Shown here: piece after piece, positions 13,476 to 26,515 of the stretch | Numbering within the stretch: position 1 is the stretch's first letter | How the letters are laid out: every line of letters starts with the position of its first letter | Source of the DNA: the human T2T-CHM13v2.0 reference genome, Homo sapiens | Length of the DNA: 64,000 nucleotides | Reading direction: 5' to 3' (one strand) | NCBI RefSeq assembly: GCF_009914755.1 | Contig: NC_060928.1 | Program-made: the position numbers and the translations under genes | Notes under the pieces: generated by a model | Databases searched by the model: none | What the model was told of the DNA's origin: nothing | The model's input: only the letters and a program-made list of their open reading frames with translations

Positions 13476-13907
13476 ATTATAAGGCCAGAGTAGTTTCCAT
13501 CCTCAAGGATGGCATGTGTTTCTCCTTTAGCTAACTAGTATAGAAAGAGCTAATTTAACCCTATGTTTGAGGGTTAAATTAACTCTTCATCTGAGGATCA
13601 GTCCAGTCTGCCAAAACCAACAGATTCATGTGTGAATAGCAAGATAGTAACTAGTGATCTGGCTACCCAATTGCTACATAAAGGAAAGATGGCTGGCCCT
13701 ATTGTAACGTGCTCTGTTGTCCTTGCTCTTCTGCCAATGGTGGATCTCTGAACCCTGTATGAAATTATGTAAGTTATTTGGAATTTCAAATGTGTCAAGA
13801 GTTGTGCGTGTGCCCATCATGTTAATTTGCATTCAGCGAAACTACTTAGTAATATTATTTCATCATTAATTGTCTAGAGATAGCTTAATTATTCACAACC
13901 CTGGGTT

Positions 13908-14918
13908 TGACACAGGATTTTTTTGGTGCCACTTTGCCAGCTGGAGACTTCTGTGGCTGCTGGTGCCACTGCCCGGGGTCTTGCTTGGCCCCAGGCTCCC
14001 CGCAGGAGGTACTCCACCCACTTGGCCTGGCTGGCTGCACATGGCTTGTTTTCTGGCCCAGATCCCATGCTCACCTTGGGATCTGCACTCAGCCTGCAGC
14101 TGGGCTGGTTATCCTGTGACCTGCTTCCACCTTGGGCGCTGGTGTCTGGACAAGGGGAATGGGGTGGTGCTGGAGAAACTCAGACACCAGTGACCGCAGA
14201 GCCCCAGAGTGCATGTTATTCCCACCATCTGCTTGGTGGATGGGGGTGTGTTAACAACTCTTTCAGTCCCATTGCTCCGACCTGGCCCGCGACTCCTGGG
14301 CTGGGTCCTGAGGCTGTTTCCCATCATGTGGGGCAACCGCCTGGTGCTAGCAGAGAGGGAGGAGGGCTACAATGTTACAACCTTTTTCATACCTGCATTC
14401 CGTGGTTCCCGAGTTCTAGTTCCCTGACCAAGAAGAATGAGGTTATGCTGACAACTGGAGGGTGAGCAGAGCAGAGAGTTGTATTGAGCAATGGAACAGT
14501 TTTCTGCAGAGAGGGGACCTGAAGGAGACGGCCCCCTACCCAAAGTCAGGTAGCTCCCCAAAGTGTGGCTGAGTCCAGGGCTTTTATTGGCTCCAAATGG
14601 AGGAGTGAGTGATAATTGTTTTGTGAGTATGAAAAAAAGATGAAAAAAAAAGGCTAAAAAAAGCCAGCACTCAAAGATGGGCACAACAATGTAAGAAACT
14701 AATTAAATAAGGGTAGGTATATGTAAAATAGTGAAGAGAGGGGATCAATAAAAGGAAACTGCACCAAACAAGAAGAGAGGTTCTCAGTCTGGTCCACGGA
14801 TTTATTTGAGACTTGTAGCTTGCTTGTCAGGGTTTAAACTGTCTGTGGCTTGAAGGCTGGGTTTCACTGGGGACCCACCTACATCTGCTTAGGGATTTGA
14901 CTGCCTCCTGCTGTATCA
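13908..14918 (-). mobile_element. ERV1 solo LTR, LTR28-like (LTR1/LTR27/LTR28/MER52 group)
   Basis: GC-rich 1011-bp block with TG...CA ends and a 4-bp TSD ggtt (13904-13907, 14919-14922). The minus strand starts tgatacagcaggaggcagtcaaatccc...gtgaaacccagccttcaagcc, as in this LTR group. Confidence 0.8.
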
Positions 14919-15588
14919 GGTTGGCTATTTTTCCATTTGTGACTCACAAGATAGTCAATAGTCTCATAATATGTTGATTGTCACCAATGCTAGGCTGCTA
15001 GTTTGCAAGCAAGAACGTTTCCTTAGGGAATATATAAAGCAGTGTGTGTATTTGCTTCTGTGTGCTTTTTCTTCTAAATTAAATTTATTAGATTACATAT
15101 GCTTGCATTTCATTATGCGATCATAAAATGCAATATACTCTATAAATATTGGTGTGATGCAGTACCTAAATTACATTTAGACTATTCCAAAGACAGGAAC
15201 CACAGAGCCGTGAAAAATTAAAACTTTTATGGTAACAGAGGTAATCAGAGCAGGAAAATAACTTCCTTTGAATGCAGCGTAAGTAAGATGCTTGCCTGTC
15301 AATGGTAAACTTAATAAGTATACTTAATTTGAAAGAAGTGTATTGAAATCTTGTTACATTAAAATAAAAGTAATAAAATTACACTAATACTACAATCACA
15401 TTAAGCTCCATCCAATGAAGAGGGTGTGTTTAAATGCTGTTTCCTAAGTGTAACATCCTTACCATAGTCTACCATTTATTGAGTTTTCTATATAACAGCC
15501 ATAATTTAAAATGATCTACACAGAATATTTTATTTAATTCCTACAATGAATCCATAATATAGTAGTCTTCATATTTAATACTTAAGAC

Positions 15589-15640
15589 AAACACACACAC
15601 ACATGTACACACACACACACAGACACACAGACACACACAC
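15589..15640. repeat. (CA)n imperfect microsatellite
   Basis: Directly visible. Confidence 0.95.
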
Positions 15641-16796
15641 GGAGAATAAAATAACTTGACTGAGATTAAGAGGAAGAAGTTCAGTCTGAATTCTATCCAG
15701 GTCAAAACCATAGAACTACATTGATGCATGAGTGTACTAGATGTTATGGATTCCTTCTTGGCCTTGAGGGATAATTCTTGCCCTCCTAGTGAAGCCCTGT
15801 GTAGGTTTCAATTTAGCTTATCAGAAAAGACGCTTCCACATATCTCTCATCCCAAGTGACTTCTGCTTCTCTGTGTCATGCAATGTCTTGGACCTAGGCT
15901 TTATTGTAATGAGTTCATCCCCTTTTCTCATTTAAAAAATAGCACTTTGTCCTTATCAGCTTCCTTATCTGTGATCTCTCTGTGAGGAGATCAGAACTCC
16001 ACTAGATATTTCCGAGCCTCACTTAATTTTGTTTGAATTCACATTATTCATAGAACATTTATTTGTTACACTGTTTTGCTCATGTGACTAGAATTGTGAT
16101 TTTCTATATGTGAATTATTTTTACTAAAACATGAAATTAGAATGTGTTGCTCAGAGTCTGGGCATTAAACTTTAAATATTCAAATATATTTTAAGTATCA
16201 AGAAATGTTCGATTACCTTTCTGGAGTTGGTAATTTATCTGGTTATTCAATATCTCAGAAGCTCACAAAAGTTTTCAAGGAGTGGGATGGGTTACTAGGT
16301 AGCTATCTATAATCAGACACAATATCTATATGATAGAAAACAAATGTATGGACATATGAACATATGAACAGGTATGAACCATACCAGCTATAGAAGATAG
16401 AAAAATAATTAATATAAAAATTTTAGGACAAATACCCAATGTAGATGATGGGTTTCATTTTATAACTGTTCATATTTTTATCAAATCATGAATCAAATAT
16501 TACTAGGGTAAAATGATTTTACTAAATTTGTATATTTAAGCTTTGTGCATATGTTACAACTATTGTTCCCTAAATTCTAAATCATAACAGAATATTTAAA
16601 ATTTGAGTAATCTGAGCATATTGTGTATTGTTAAATTTAGCTTCACTTTTATAGCTATCCTCTAAACATTTTACTTAATTTGCTGTGGCTTATTAGCTAA
16701 CTGAATAAATATTTTGTGAAAGTTAACTGTGGATAAAATTCAGTTGTCTGGAAAACTCAAGTGACACAGAAAAGCTAACTCCTCATCTTAAAACAA

Positions 16797-16854
16797 TTCT
16801 CTCTCTTTCTGTCTCTCTTTCTGTGTGTGTGTGTGTGCGTGTGTGTGTGTGTGT
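16797..16854. repeat. (TC)n-(TG)n compound microsatellite
   Basis: Directly visible. Confidence 0.9.
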
Positions 16855-18054
16855 AAAGTATGCTAAACTTCATATCATTAAGATCAAGACTGCAAAGTGC
16901 TTATTTTCCAGATGATTTCATGCTACTAAATACCAAAGGGATGAATTCCAGTTTGGGGTTTCCAGTACTCCCTGCAACACCACTCATAGTGAATCCATCA
17001 TTTTTCTTTGAAAATTTATGTTATCTTTACCCTGGCTATGCAGTTAGATGAGTGAGGTCATGTATCTTACCAAGGAGACTCATGCTTGGAAGACAGAGAT
17101 TTGTGGTGTTCCTAAAAAAAAACATCCTCTCTGCTACCCACAGTAGACATTATTAGCGATGGTATCTGTTGTCATTTTGTAAGAGCAGTTCTTGGCAGCT
17201 GCTTAAAATCTGATGAAATGTTAATGACTAAAGCAACTTAAGCACTCTGAATAGAAAAGAGATAATAACAATATTGCTGAGTCTACTAATAACTTGACAC
17301 AAGCAACTCAGTAATTCTCTATTTTCATTTACTGGTCTCTAATATCAACTATGGCCATCTCTTGATGTGTCCAGCTGCTTCAAGCTGTGCTTGTTGCAGC
17401 AGAGTGGGAAATTTAGAATCAGTTACACAGACATGCTAAATCACGAACGATGCTTTATTTCTAACTAGAGCTGGCATTTACTGCTCATTATTTTAAAAAC
17501 AAAAATTAAAAATTACCCTAGAGTAATACTATGATAAAGCCTGCATAAACAGTATGCAGCCTCGCACTCTTGCACTCTTAGATGGGATTTTTGCTCTCTG
17601 CAGGGCATAGCCTTTTCTCTACCCCACGTTGACTTGAAGTGAGTTGCTGTTCTATAAGACTGTCTTTCCTCCTAAAGGATTATGGTATTGAGCAAAGTAT
17701 TCTCTCTTGCCAGCGATGCAACACAGATAACTGAAACCCCCAGCAAACATGCCTAATTTCTCATTTCATTTTGTTTTCTCTAGCCTCCTTGCCGTCAGTA
17801 TTCACCATGATTGACAATACAACCATACAGATCAAGTTCTAGGAAAGGCTTTGGCTCATCTATAATCTCTCATGGCTAATGAACATTACAACTCATAAAT
17901 GTGATTCAGTATTAGAATCAGATTGATATTCCAGTATAATGTGTTATGGAGACGAAGAGGTTTAATGGTTAATGGTAGGGTTCAGTGAGGAGCCATTCTT
18001 GACTACAACAGGGAAATAATTATAATCTCATAATTAGTAGTCACTGAATGTCTA

Positions 18055-19190
18055 ATTCATTTATTCAACATTTTTTTGGTAAGTTACTATGTGAAAGATA
18101 TTCTTCCAGTTTCTAAGGATACAACAATGAGCAAAACAAAGAGATGTGCTTATATAGACTAAGTAAATGCTGCCCTATTAAATAACCCCCAACTCTTAGA
18201 ATCTTAAAACAATTAAGGTTTATTTACTGTACAAGCTGAATGTTTATTAAAGGTTGGCTTGAGGCTCCGCTCTATAAGACCTATGGTACAGCCATTGTTT
18301 TTTCCACCAATCACAAATGAAGTGGAATAGAGACTATGGAGGGCCTCATACCAGTAGTCAAATATTCCAGAACAGAAATGACACATATTTCTAGTTCTAT
18401 TGCTCAACACCTCATTTACCAGAACTAGTAACCTGGTCCCACCCAAACATAAAAGGGCCAAAAATGTAATTCTTCCATGTACCCAGGAGATGGAGGGCTG
18501 GATCTTCTTCATGAGCAGCACAAATTAAACATACAATAAGAAATAAAATAAATAGAATATATAGACTATATAGGAGTTACGGGGTAAAATAGAACAGAAA
18601 TATTGAAGAGAAAGCTTAGCTTCAGGAGTTGTAATTTAAAATAGCAAGTTAGGGAAGGTCTAGCTGACATGTTGACACTACATTAAGATATGAAGTAAGT
18701 GGAAGGGTAAGGCAGAGGGGGAAGAGAATTCTAGCAGAGGATAGAGAATGCAAAAATTTCCTGAGGTAGAGATTTGTGGCATATGCTGCTGCAACAGCAA
18801 GGAGTCTAGCATTGAAAGGGAGTGAGATGAGAGAGTACAGGAGGGAATAAAAGGCGTAGCAATAAACCACATCAATTAAAGCCACTTCAAATGTTTGAGC
18901 AGAAAAAGTAAATGGTCCTTCCTATAGTTTAACAGTATCTTCCTGGTTACTGTATTGACAATAGATGACATGGAGTTAGGGAAAATGACATAGCCTGTTA
19001 GGAGATATTTATCCTGGCTAGAGACACCATGGGCTTGAACCAAGTTGATACTAATGAAGCAAGTGATATGGTTAGATTCTGTTTGTATTTTGAATAATGA
19101 ACTAATATATTTTGCCGATAGATAGTGTAGGGGGAGTAAGAGAGACAGAAAAAATTCAAAGATCACAGTCTTATCCTAGGAAACTAAGGG
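18055..19190 (-). mobile_element. L2 (L2a-like), interrupted by an MLT1
   Basis: Starts ttcatttattcaaca (antisense tail); resumes after 18535 with agggaaggtc, gaagagaattctagcagagg, aacagcaaggag, ggcttgaaccaag, gttagattctgtttgtattttgaa. Confidence 0.75.
18145..18535 (-). mobile_element. MLT1 LTR (MLT1K/J-like)
   Basis: aataacccccaactcttag...aaggtttattt...cagaaatgacaca...ccagaactagt...cccacccaaacataaaagggcc...aatgtaattcttccatgtacccagga. Confidence 0.7.
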
Positions 19191-19199
19191 GCTAATATG

Positions 19200-20282
19200 C
19201 CCTATAAGCTCTAACTTTAAATACGGATGTAGTGACTTGGCCCTCTATTGCAATCACTCCTACTGCTGCCACCGTGGTCTTTGTAACCATCATCTCTCCA
19301 GAACTACTAAAACTGCCTCCAATAGTGAAACTGTTTCCACTCTTCCACTCACAGTCAATTTTCCAGATAATAGCACAGGGATCTTTCTGAAAACAAAATT
19401 TCTCATCACACAGATCAAAATTCAAAGCCCTTCCTTTGAATTTCAAATGCCCTTTGGTGCAGCCCAGGGAGACCCCTCCCAACCTCATTTATAATCAATC
19501 TTCTCCTTTGCTCAATGTGCACCAAACAGCATTTTTGTTTTTTGAACACAACAAATAGTTCCTATTCCAGGGTTATTCTCTACCTGGGACAGCCTTTGCC
19601 CCAAATCTTTGCAAAGATTCTCATTCACTTAGTCAAGTTTTTAGTTTTTTCTCAAACTTAATATCTTAGCAAAAGATATTTTGAAATTCCTTGTTGTTGT
19701 TGTTGTTGTTTGTTTTTTTGTTTGAGACTGGATCTGGCTCTGTCACCCACACTAGAATGCAATGGTATAATGTTAGCACACTGCAGCCATGATTTCCCAG
19801 GCTCAATGGATCCTCTCACCTCAGCCTCCCAAGTAGCTGGAACTACAGGTGTGCACCACCATGCCTGGATACTTTTTTTTTTTTAGTTTTTGTAGAGACG
19901 GGGTTTCCCCATGTTACCCAGGCTCCTCTTGAACTTCTGGACTCAAGCAATCCACCCACCGTGGCCTCCCAAAGTAGTGGGATTATAGGTGTGTGCCACT
20001 GTGCCAGGCCCACTCCATTTCTAACGCCTTTTCCTTCCTCTCTCACACCACTCTCTTTCACTTTAGTCCTCTCTAGTTTGCTTGTGGTGCTAGTGGTTGA
20101 CATCACGCAATATATTTATTTGGTTATGATTCTATGCCTTTCCTCACTAAATTAAGAATTAATGAGGGCAGAGAGTTATCTGACTCACTTATATGTCTAT
20201 CCCTAGTGCTTGATTAGTACCCGGCATAAAGTGGGCACTCAAGAGATATGGTGTTGTGTGAAAGAATAAATGAATGAATGAA
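19200..20282 (+). mobile_element. L2, interrupted by AluJ
   Basis: ctcctactgctgccaccgtggtc...accatcatctct...gggatctttctgaaaac...atgagggcagaga...ggcactcaa...aatgaatgaatgaa tail at 20282. Confidence 0.8.
19691..20010 (-). mobile_element. AluJ with (TTG)n tail
   Basis: AluJ features ctgcagcc...ccaggctcaa..gatcctctcacc and tggactcaagcaatcc; ends gtgccaggcc. Confidence 0.92.
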
Positions 20283-23200
20283 ATATAAGTGGGTGTAACT
20301 ACAATCTTCTACAGGTGCTCCACTTTTTGAAGTTGAAATAAGTTAAGGAATAATTTGGTGAACTGCCAGAAACTAGAGAGATGTCATAATGTAGCTAGCA
20401 CCACGAATTGAGAAGGGAGAAAGATTCAATTATTGATATTGTTAATATCTTGACAACAGCAATTGCGTTCTGCTGACATTTTGAAACAATTTATGGAGTT
20501 CAAATATTGTTGTCTGGAAAATAGAATAAGGGTAAAGATAAATCCATAGCATAAGGCTTAAAGAATATATATTTTCACATGGAAAAAAATGTGCTTGGGC
20601 CATGCTATTAATTTCCAGAAATGAATGTAAGAAGTAAAAAATTCGTCCAGAACATAAACTTAGAAGAAAATGTAATGAACAGTTTGAGAAGCAAAATTGA
20701 AACTTACAGGATTCACCAATTGTGAACAACATTTAAAATGGGATTTAAATCATTCAATAGGAGTGACATTTTATTAATCCAAACCTATGCACTGAGTCAG
20801 AATACTGAACATTATGGTCTGTTTGGACAAAAAGTTCCCCATGGGCTCTTGTAGTCACAGCCTTATCAGGTATGTAAGTATAACCAGATGGTTACAAATA
20901 TTGGATCTGGTTATTTGTCTTTTAGGCTAAAGAGAGAGCCAAATCTTTATATTACTTTGTAAAAAGAAAAGAATACCCATTATTAAATAGCTATGTCATA
21001 TGCTGAGGAATGCTTTGTGTTTTAGAATATATTTATATTTTTATACATGCACTTTATAGTATAATAAATTACCTGAATGAGAAGTTGTAAAGAATTGAAT
21101 GATCATTAAATATTTTGGAAATATGATCTCAATATTGGTATGGGACATAATCCCAGATGACAACTGAGAATAAATAATATTATTGATAGAAAGAGCAACT
21201 TTGGCACGACATACTTTACAAAGTTCAGAATGGACCAGTGACTACCCAAATCAGAGCTTTGTGAGTAACATTTAAGTTGGCTTAATAGCAAGTATGATAT
21301 TCAGATTCTACTTAGAAAATGAAGCCTGATTTACCTCTATTTTAGAGACAGATAACAAGGAGTCCAGTTGAAAGCAAGCAGAAGAACAAATAATAAATTT
21401 TTAGTTGGTGATTTAATGCACTTTAAAAGGATATGGTTAAAGATGACAGGGCTCAAATTGAAGATATCCTGTATATAAATGGTTGTGTTTGGCTCCTTCA
21501 GTGCTGGTGTAATGTTTCTCACTCAGTGTCCTAGAATTTGTAACCCAATGAACTGGGATAAAAATACAGCAGTGATATTACCCATAAGACAACCAACATA
21601 GCCTATTTTAAGCTAATATAGACCAATTAATTATCTGATCACAAGACAAGGTAAACATATATTCAATTGTGTTTCAAATCTTGTCATAATTAATAGAGAG
21701 GCTTAAGTATCAAGAAATTATGAGTTAAGGGATGGGTTTTTCTCCTGTAATCAAATATTAACACATGTTCCAATGAGTGTGGAACTAAGTGCATAGGTAT
21801 TTTCAATGTCTGTGGAAGTTAGCTGTCTTGTGTTCAATGATGTTATTACCTAAAGCAATCCATCTGTCCATCTCTCTCTCTCCCCTTACTATGTGCTTCC
21901 CTCAGAGATGTTTTATAATCTCAGTTTCCAGTTTCAGAAAAAGATTAAATATCTTGCTCAGGGACACCAATTTCATAATTTTAATCCTCTTGAGCCCATG
22001 TTCATCTGATTCAAATATTCTTTTTTTTTCCACTATATAATGCTGCCTATCAAAACAGAGATTCAAGTAAACTTTTTGGAGATAACCTGCTTATAGAATT
22101 TTGCTTTTTTCTGGTTGACACTCACAACATCCCAACCCCACTTTCTCGCCTTCAACCTTTCCCCAAAAAATGCCACAAAATATATATGTGAAATATATAA
22201 TTTTAAGGTTGTATTAAATGCTAATAATTAAGTATTCAAAATGTTATATCTCATGGATTTTGTTACTCTGTAGTTTTACCATCTAAAATTCCTAGTATTA
22301 ATTTTATTTATACGCATACACCCTAAGGACTTTCAAATTTGTATTAAATTTATACATTGTACTTTATTGCCAATGATATTACTAACCAGACCTATGGAAA
22401 ATATTAGTTCTAACATATTTTTATTCAGTTTAACTCATGATTGATTGCATTTTGTTTAATCAGAATAGAGAATATCTAAATATATTTGTATTTCTTGCTT
22501 ATCTCTTGGCATTGGAACTAGCTTGTATCACTTGGCATGTGTCTCCTTTCAAAATGAGGGCAGCGTTTCAATTGCTATTTACTTGTGCCAAATCCTAACT
22601 ACATTATTTAACTCACATGGTCCTGAAGAAATGGTAGCTGTGGGCTTTGTTTGTTTTTGTTCCTGTAAATCATAGGACAGGACATGTTTGAGGGCATTGT
22701 TTGAATCAGTCCCTCAGGCCTCCCTTAACAAATGGGTGTCACTCAGAAATGCTGGCGATGATGACTTCTTGATTTCAACTGCACTTTTAGAGGGCTCGTA
22801 AAGTGACCTATGCCCTTTCTTGCAGTCAGTCCGAGGAAGATGGGAAGTAGTAATTATAGTGTAATAAAGAACAGGAGGACTCTATTTAAATGGCGGAATT
22901 TGCATTTAAATGGAAATTTCAAAATGAAAACATGTAAAAGCTTGATAGGTACAATATTTGGTATACAGCATATGCCAGCAGTTTGAAGCACGTTTAATCA
23001 CATGTCAGGGGGGATGTGTAGAGGTTAGCTTTTGTGCAGTCCAAAGGTGAGGGGTGGAGTTTTCCAGTGAGATTGAAAAGGGAAAGCTAAAATTAGCCAC
23101 AGATGTGACACATTTCATTGAATTGAATTAATAAGCATATTTTCGTTCATGAAAAGAGTAGGGAATCAATTCATAGGGGCACTCCAATCTTATGACCTAC

Positions 23201-24516
23201 AGCTAGTGAAATGACTAATTGATTAACACTTAGGAAATGTAATGGAATTTAACTCTCTGAAGTACTCACAGTAATTCTGCATTAATCCATTAATTGAAAG
23301 TGTTTATTTATATCCTGGGTAAGAATTAAAGCAGACACAAGTTTAAACACATTGGACAATTACAAGATATTTTGAAATTGACATAAAAACCTATCATGAA
23401 AGTGATTTCCTTATTTTAAATAAAAGACATCCTTATAAAGATGCCTCTGCAGGGTACAAGATGGCAAATGAACTCACTTCAAGCAAATGCTGCAAATAAT
23501 GTGATGAAGATGAAATGATGTTTGAAAATCATAAAAGTTCATTTCAACCTACTCTCTTTTGCCCAAGTAGTAATATTATTGGATAGGGCAACTAGCACAG
23601 GCTATTTTAAAGCAATATAGACCAATTAAATCTCTAATCACAAGAAAAGGTAAAAAATATACTCTTGTGTTTTAAATCTTGTCATATTAAAATATTATTC
23701 TTTGGCAGCTAAATGAATAAAATATACTGAGTAGCTTGTTTCTTAAGTTTTACATATTTAAAAGCAGACACCAGCCATCTATTTTTTAAAAAGTGTGAGA
23801 TCATCTATGTGAAAACAATTTCTACAATGTAGAGTGTTTTGTAATTTAAGGCAGTTAAGTCAGTACACTAACATGAGTGTTTCTCACCCTTTCATGTTCT
23901 GCTTTTTGTTTTGTATTTAACAAAGAAAATACAAGTGCCAGTGTTATGACAGACAGAGTGACTTCATTATTTGGTTCTTTAGTATATCTATTTCCATTAT
24001 ATTGAGCTGTGCAAATAAGAGAGATCAAATATATGGCACATTTTAGCTATCCATCTACGCTCATGAACTCTTCATTTTAGTGATTAGATAAGTTATAAAA
24101 TAGAAATAGAAAAGGGTCAGACTTGGATCCAGTAGATTCAAGAGTCTTTCAAGTAGACTTAAATATAAAATAGAATTTTTTTTTGTAAATACAATCGCCG
24201 TGTCAAGAAGTGACAGATTCTATAGGCTTTAGTTTGATGCAGAATTTATTTAATGATGCCGGTATTCTTTCAGAAGGATAAACACTTTTGCACATAGTAT
24301 TTGAACTTCATTTATTAAAGACTTATAGCCATTCTAAAATATGTGAAGATATGTCTTCAAAATTTCAAAGATCAGCAATGATATTGAGAATGTTTCCCTT
24401 CCACCCACAATTCTGTCTTCTAGATTTCATCTAATTTATTAACTGCAAAATTGGGTCCTTGCTCTAATAGTGATGGAAGTTAATGAAGAATAAAGAGGGA
24501 GGTCTCTGAAAGCTTT

Positions 24517-25520
24517 CATTAATGTATTCACTCATTTAACAGTTATTTAGTGAATCTTTACTGTACTCTAGGTGCTATTTTAGGTATTGGACAGGTAGTG
24601 GTATATAAAATAATAAAATCCTTACATTCACATTATGTTATATAATAAATATAATGGCAGGTAATGAAAGAAGTTAAGAACCATATTAAGACACAAAAAG
24701 ATAATTCAGCTTGAAAGAAGTGCTATTTTATATAAGAAGGCAGAAGAGCTGAATAAATTTAGAGTTAACTATGCTGCAGACCTCCTGGGCAACATTTGTG
24801 TGAATGGTGCTAAGTGTCCAGGGTATACACTATTTAATTTCATATTTTTTGCAATACTAATCCAAGTAATACATAAATGCAGAGTCATTTGTTCAATAAA
24901 CATTGCTTAGGTGCAAGCTATGCCAGGCCCAGTACTTGGCTCAGTAATGCTGTTTTTCATCTACCTTCTGGAACAATAATAATTTTTACGTATTTCCTCA
25001 TTAAAGCAATATGCTAAAAAAAAAAAAAAAACTAAAAAAGAGAAAAGTCCTTATCTTTTAAATATCCAACCATGACATATATATAATTTTGAGCACCTAC
25101 TATGGGTGAATCACCATTCCAACATTTGAGGATGAAAAAATTAATATGATTAATTCATTTTTTTTCATCCATTCATTTGTGATCTGGATTTTGATGAGTA
25201 TTTAGTATCATTTTAGAAAGGCTGGTTTTTATCCTGCTGATAATGAGAACTCATTGAAGGTTATTCGTCAGTGAGAAAAATACTTTTTTACTTTGAATTT
25301 AAAAATATTACTATGCAAGAAGGTGCAGAATGAATTGGAATGAAGATTGGGTCCAGGCAGAGTAATAAGTAAGCCATGAAAATGATAAAGTAGGAGATGA
25401 GAATACCATGAACTAAGGTGATAGTAGTGTCTGTAGAAAAGTGCATTTACTATATTTAGTGTATCTACTGTATTTAGTGTATTTGAATGATATTAAAGAA
25501 GTTAATTGTAGATACAGTCT
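24517..25520 (-). mobile_element. Cluster of decayed L2 fragments
   Basis: Several antisense L2-tail-like starts (tattcactcatttaacag, catttgttcaataaacattg...tatgccaggc, ttgagcacctactatg) plus internal L2-like text at 25240-25440. Confidence 0.5.
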
Positions 25521-26515
25521 CATTTCTTCTATTTAATATTCTAAGATTGAATACAATTTTTCCATTTATTTTTCTGTATATATTTATTGAATGCAGAAAA
25601 GAACCTCTCTAGTTACTTGAGAATGTTACTTGACTCCATCATTATTACATGCAATCTAAAAGCATGAAAGGAAGGAGTCACACAAAAGCCTTATCACCAA
25701 AATATGTATGATGATTATCTTATGTTCATTGTCTTAAAGATTCCTTATATATTAATTATTGTTCAAAGCTGTATTTATTAATGACTTTTATATAATCAGG
25801 GAAGTTGTTTTTCCTATTGTGGATAACCATTATCACTTTCTTAATGAGACTTTCACTAACTACAGGAAAATATTCAGGCCTTGAGATATATTCTAATAGC
25901 ATATTGGTTATTGACTAGTATATAGCTGTCATATTTTTACTTACGTATATTATGCTTAAATGTTATCTTAATTTTCTCAGCCTTTGGTAGTTTCCTCATA
26001 CTTGTGGGCTTATTCGCACTCAGCTAAATATTCTAGGGGTAGTAATGTGTTTTTGATGAAGTGGAGCATAATGTAATATATTTTACATAGATTGCAGATA
26101 AAGTAATTCTTTTCATGAATAATTCTATTATTATATTAATAATCCACTATAATTTGAGTTAAAAATAGAATATTAGAAATTGTATGTCCATTCAAGACGG
26201 ATAAATTGACACCAACCTTTTACTTCTGCTTGAAGCAACTGAGAAAATTTTTAAAAAATGAAACAATAGTTCTTAAGACATTGGAAAAAGCAACAAAAGA
26301 CAATGGCACCTGAGATTTTGAAAACAAATAGAGTCTTCCAACTGCCCCATATTTTCAGGCTTTGTTGCAAAAAGGAAGAAAACAAATGCAGCCTGAGTTT
26401 CCCTTACATGAGGAGATGAAGCTGGCAGTCTAGAGAAGCTAAGGAAGCTGCAATTAACAGATCTTAGTATCAGAAAAGAGAGTTGCTCAGAGAGATAACT
26501 CGGAGATCTTTAGAA

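Noticed and set aside
13870-14684. Cluster of overlapping ORFs up to 180 aa
   Set aside because: All lie almost entirely within the GC-rich solo LTR, where stops are scarce; they occur on both strands and resemble no protein family.
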